Positions 63,852 through 64,000 of a DNA stretch of 64,000 bases are shown here, piece by piece (the first letter of the stretch is position 1; every line of letters starts with the position of its first letter). Source of the DNA: Eutreptiella sp. 'Long Island Sound 2002' (Eukaryota > Protista > Euglenida); the NCBI GenBank assembly GCA_964036045.1, contig OZ038379.1:39246001-39310000 (forward strand). Direction: 5' to 3'. The translations under genes were made by a program, and so were the position numbers. Under the pieces are notes generated by a model. The model was not told the DNA's origin and did no database searches. It saw only the letters and a program-made list of their open reading frames with translations.

Positions 63852-64000
63852 ATGTCTAGTAGTCAAGGCAGTGCCGCTAGTGCCTCGTCTTCGTCCGCTC
63901 AGCCCCCCCAGCCCGCTCAGCAGCTCCCGGAACCAGATTTGGAGCTTGAGGGCGAGCTCATTGACGTGGACACAGCCAATACCGAAGTTCCCGAACCGGG
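63852..64000 (+). CDS. Possible start of a gene running off the window (MSSSQGSAASASSSSAQPPQPAQQLPEPDLELEGELIDVD...)
   Basis: ATG at 63852 with an open protein-like frame to the window end, preceded by a T-rich tract and AG. Confidence 0.3.
   Translation, partial: MSSSQGSAASASSSSAQPPQPAQQLPEPDLELEGELIDVDTANTEVPEP

Overview
Eukaryotic, repeat-dominated DNA with no prokaryotic genes, rRNA, intact tRNA or CRISPR. Canonical GT-AG introns, (TG)n tracts and many poly-G/poly-C runs are present. (1) 1-18864 is a head-to-tail macrosatellite of at least 13.6 units of 1380-1383 bp; the many small ORFs the track reports there are repeats of the same spurious frames. (2) 18865-64000 is a field of decayed transposable elements: a Penelope-like RT relic, four same-strand LINE relics (one near full length with APE, RT, CCHC and a cellular-type RNase H1), a dispersed non-coding repeat family, several minisatellites and a tRNA-derived head. 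(3) The best candidates for something new are two related DDE transposase relics with the CMC/Transib/RAG1-type motif series. One lies in a complete 2.66-kb element with GGGGTGTCC terminal inverted repeats and mirrored subterminal arrays; the other is split by two phase-compatible GT-AG introns. A structured 60-bp repeat 3' of the Penelope-like RT and an isolated RanBP2 zinc-finger exon also merit follow-up. All family calls come from manual translation and motif recognition, not database searches.
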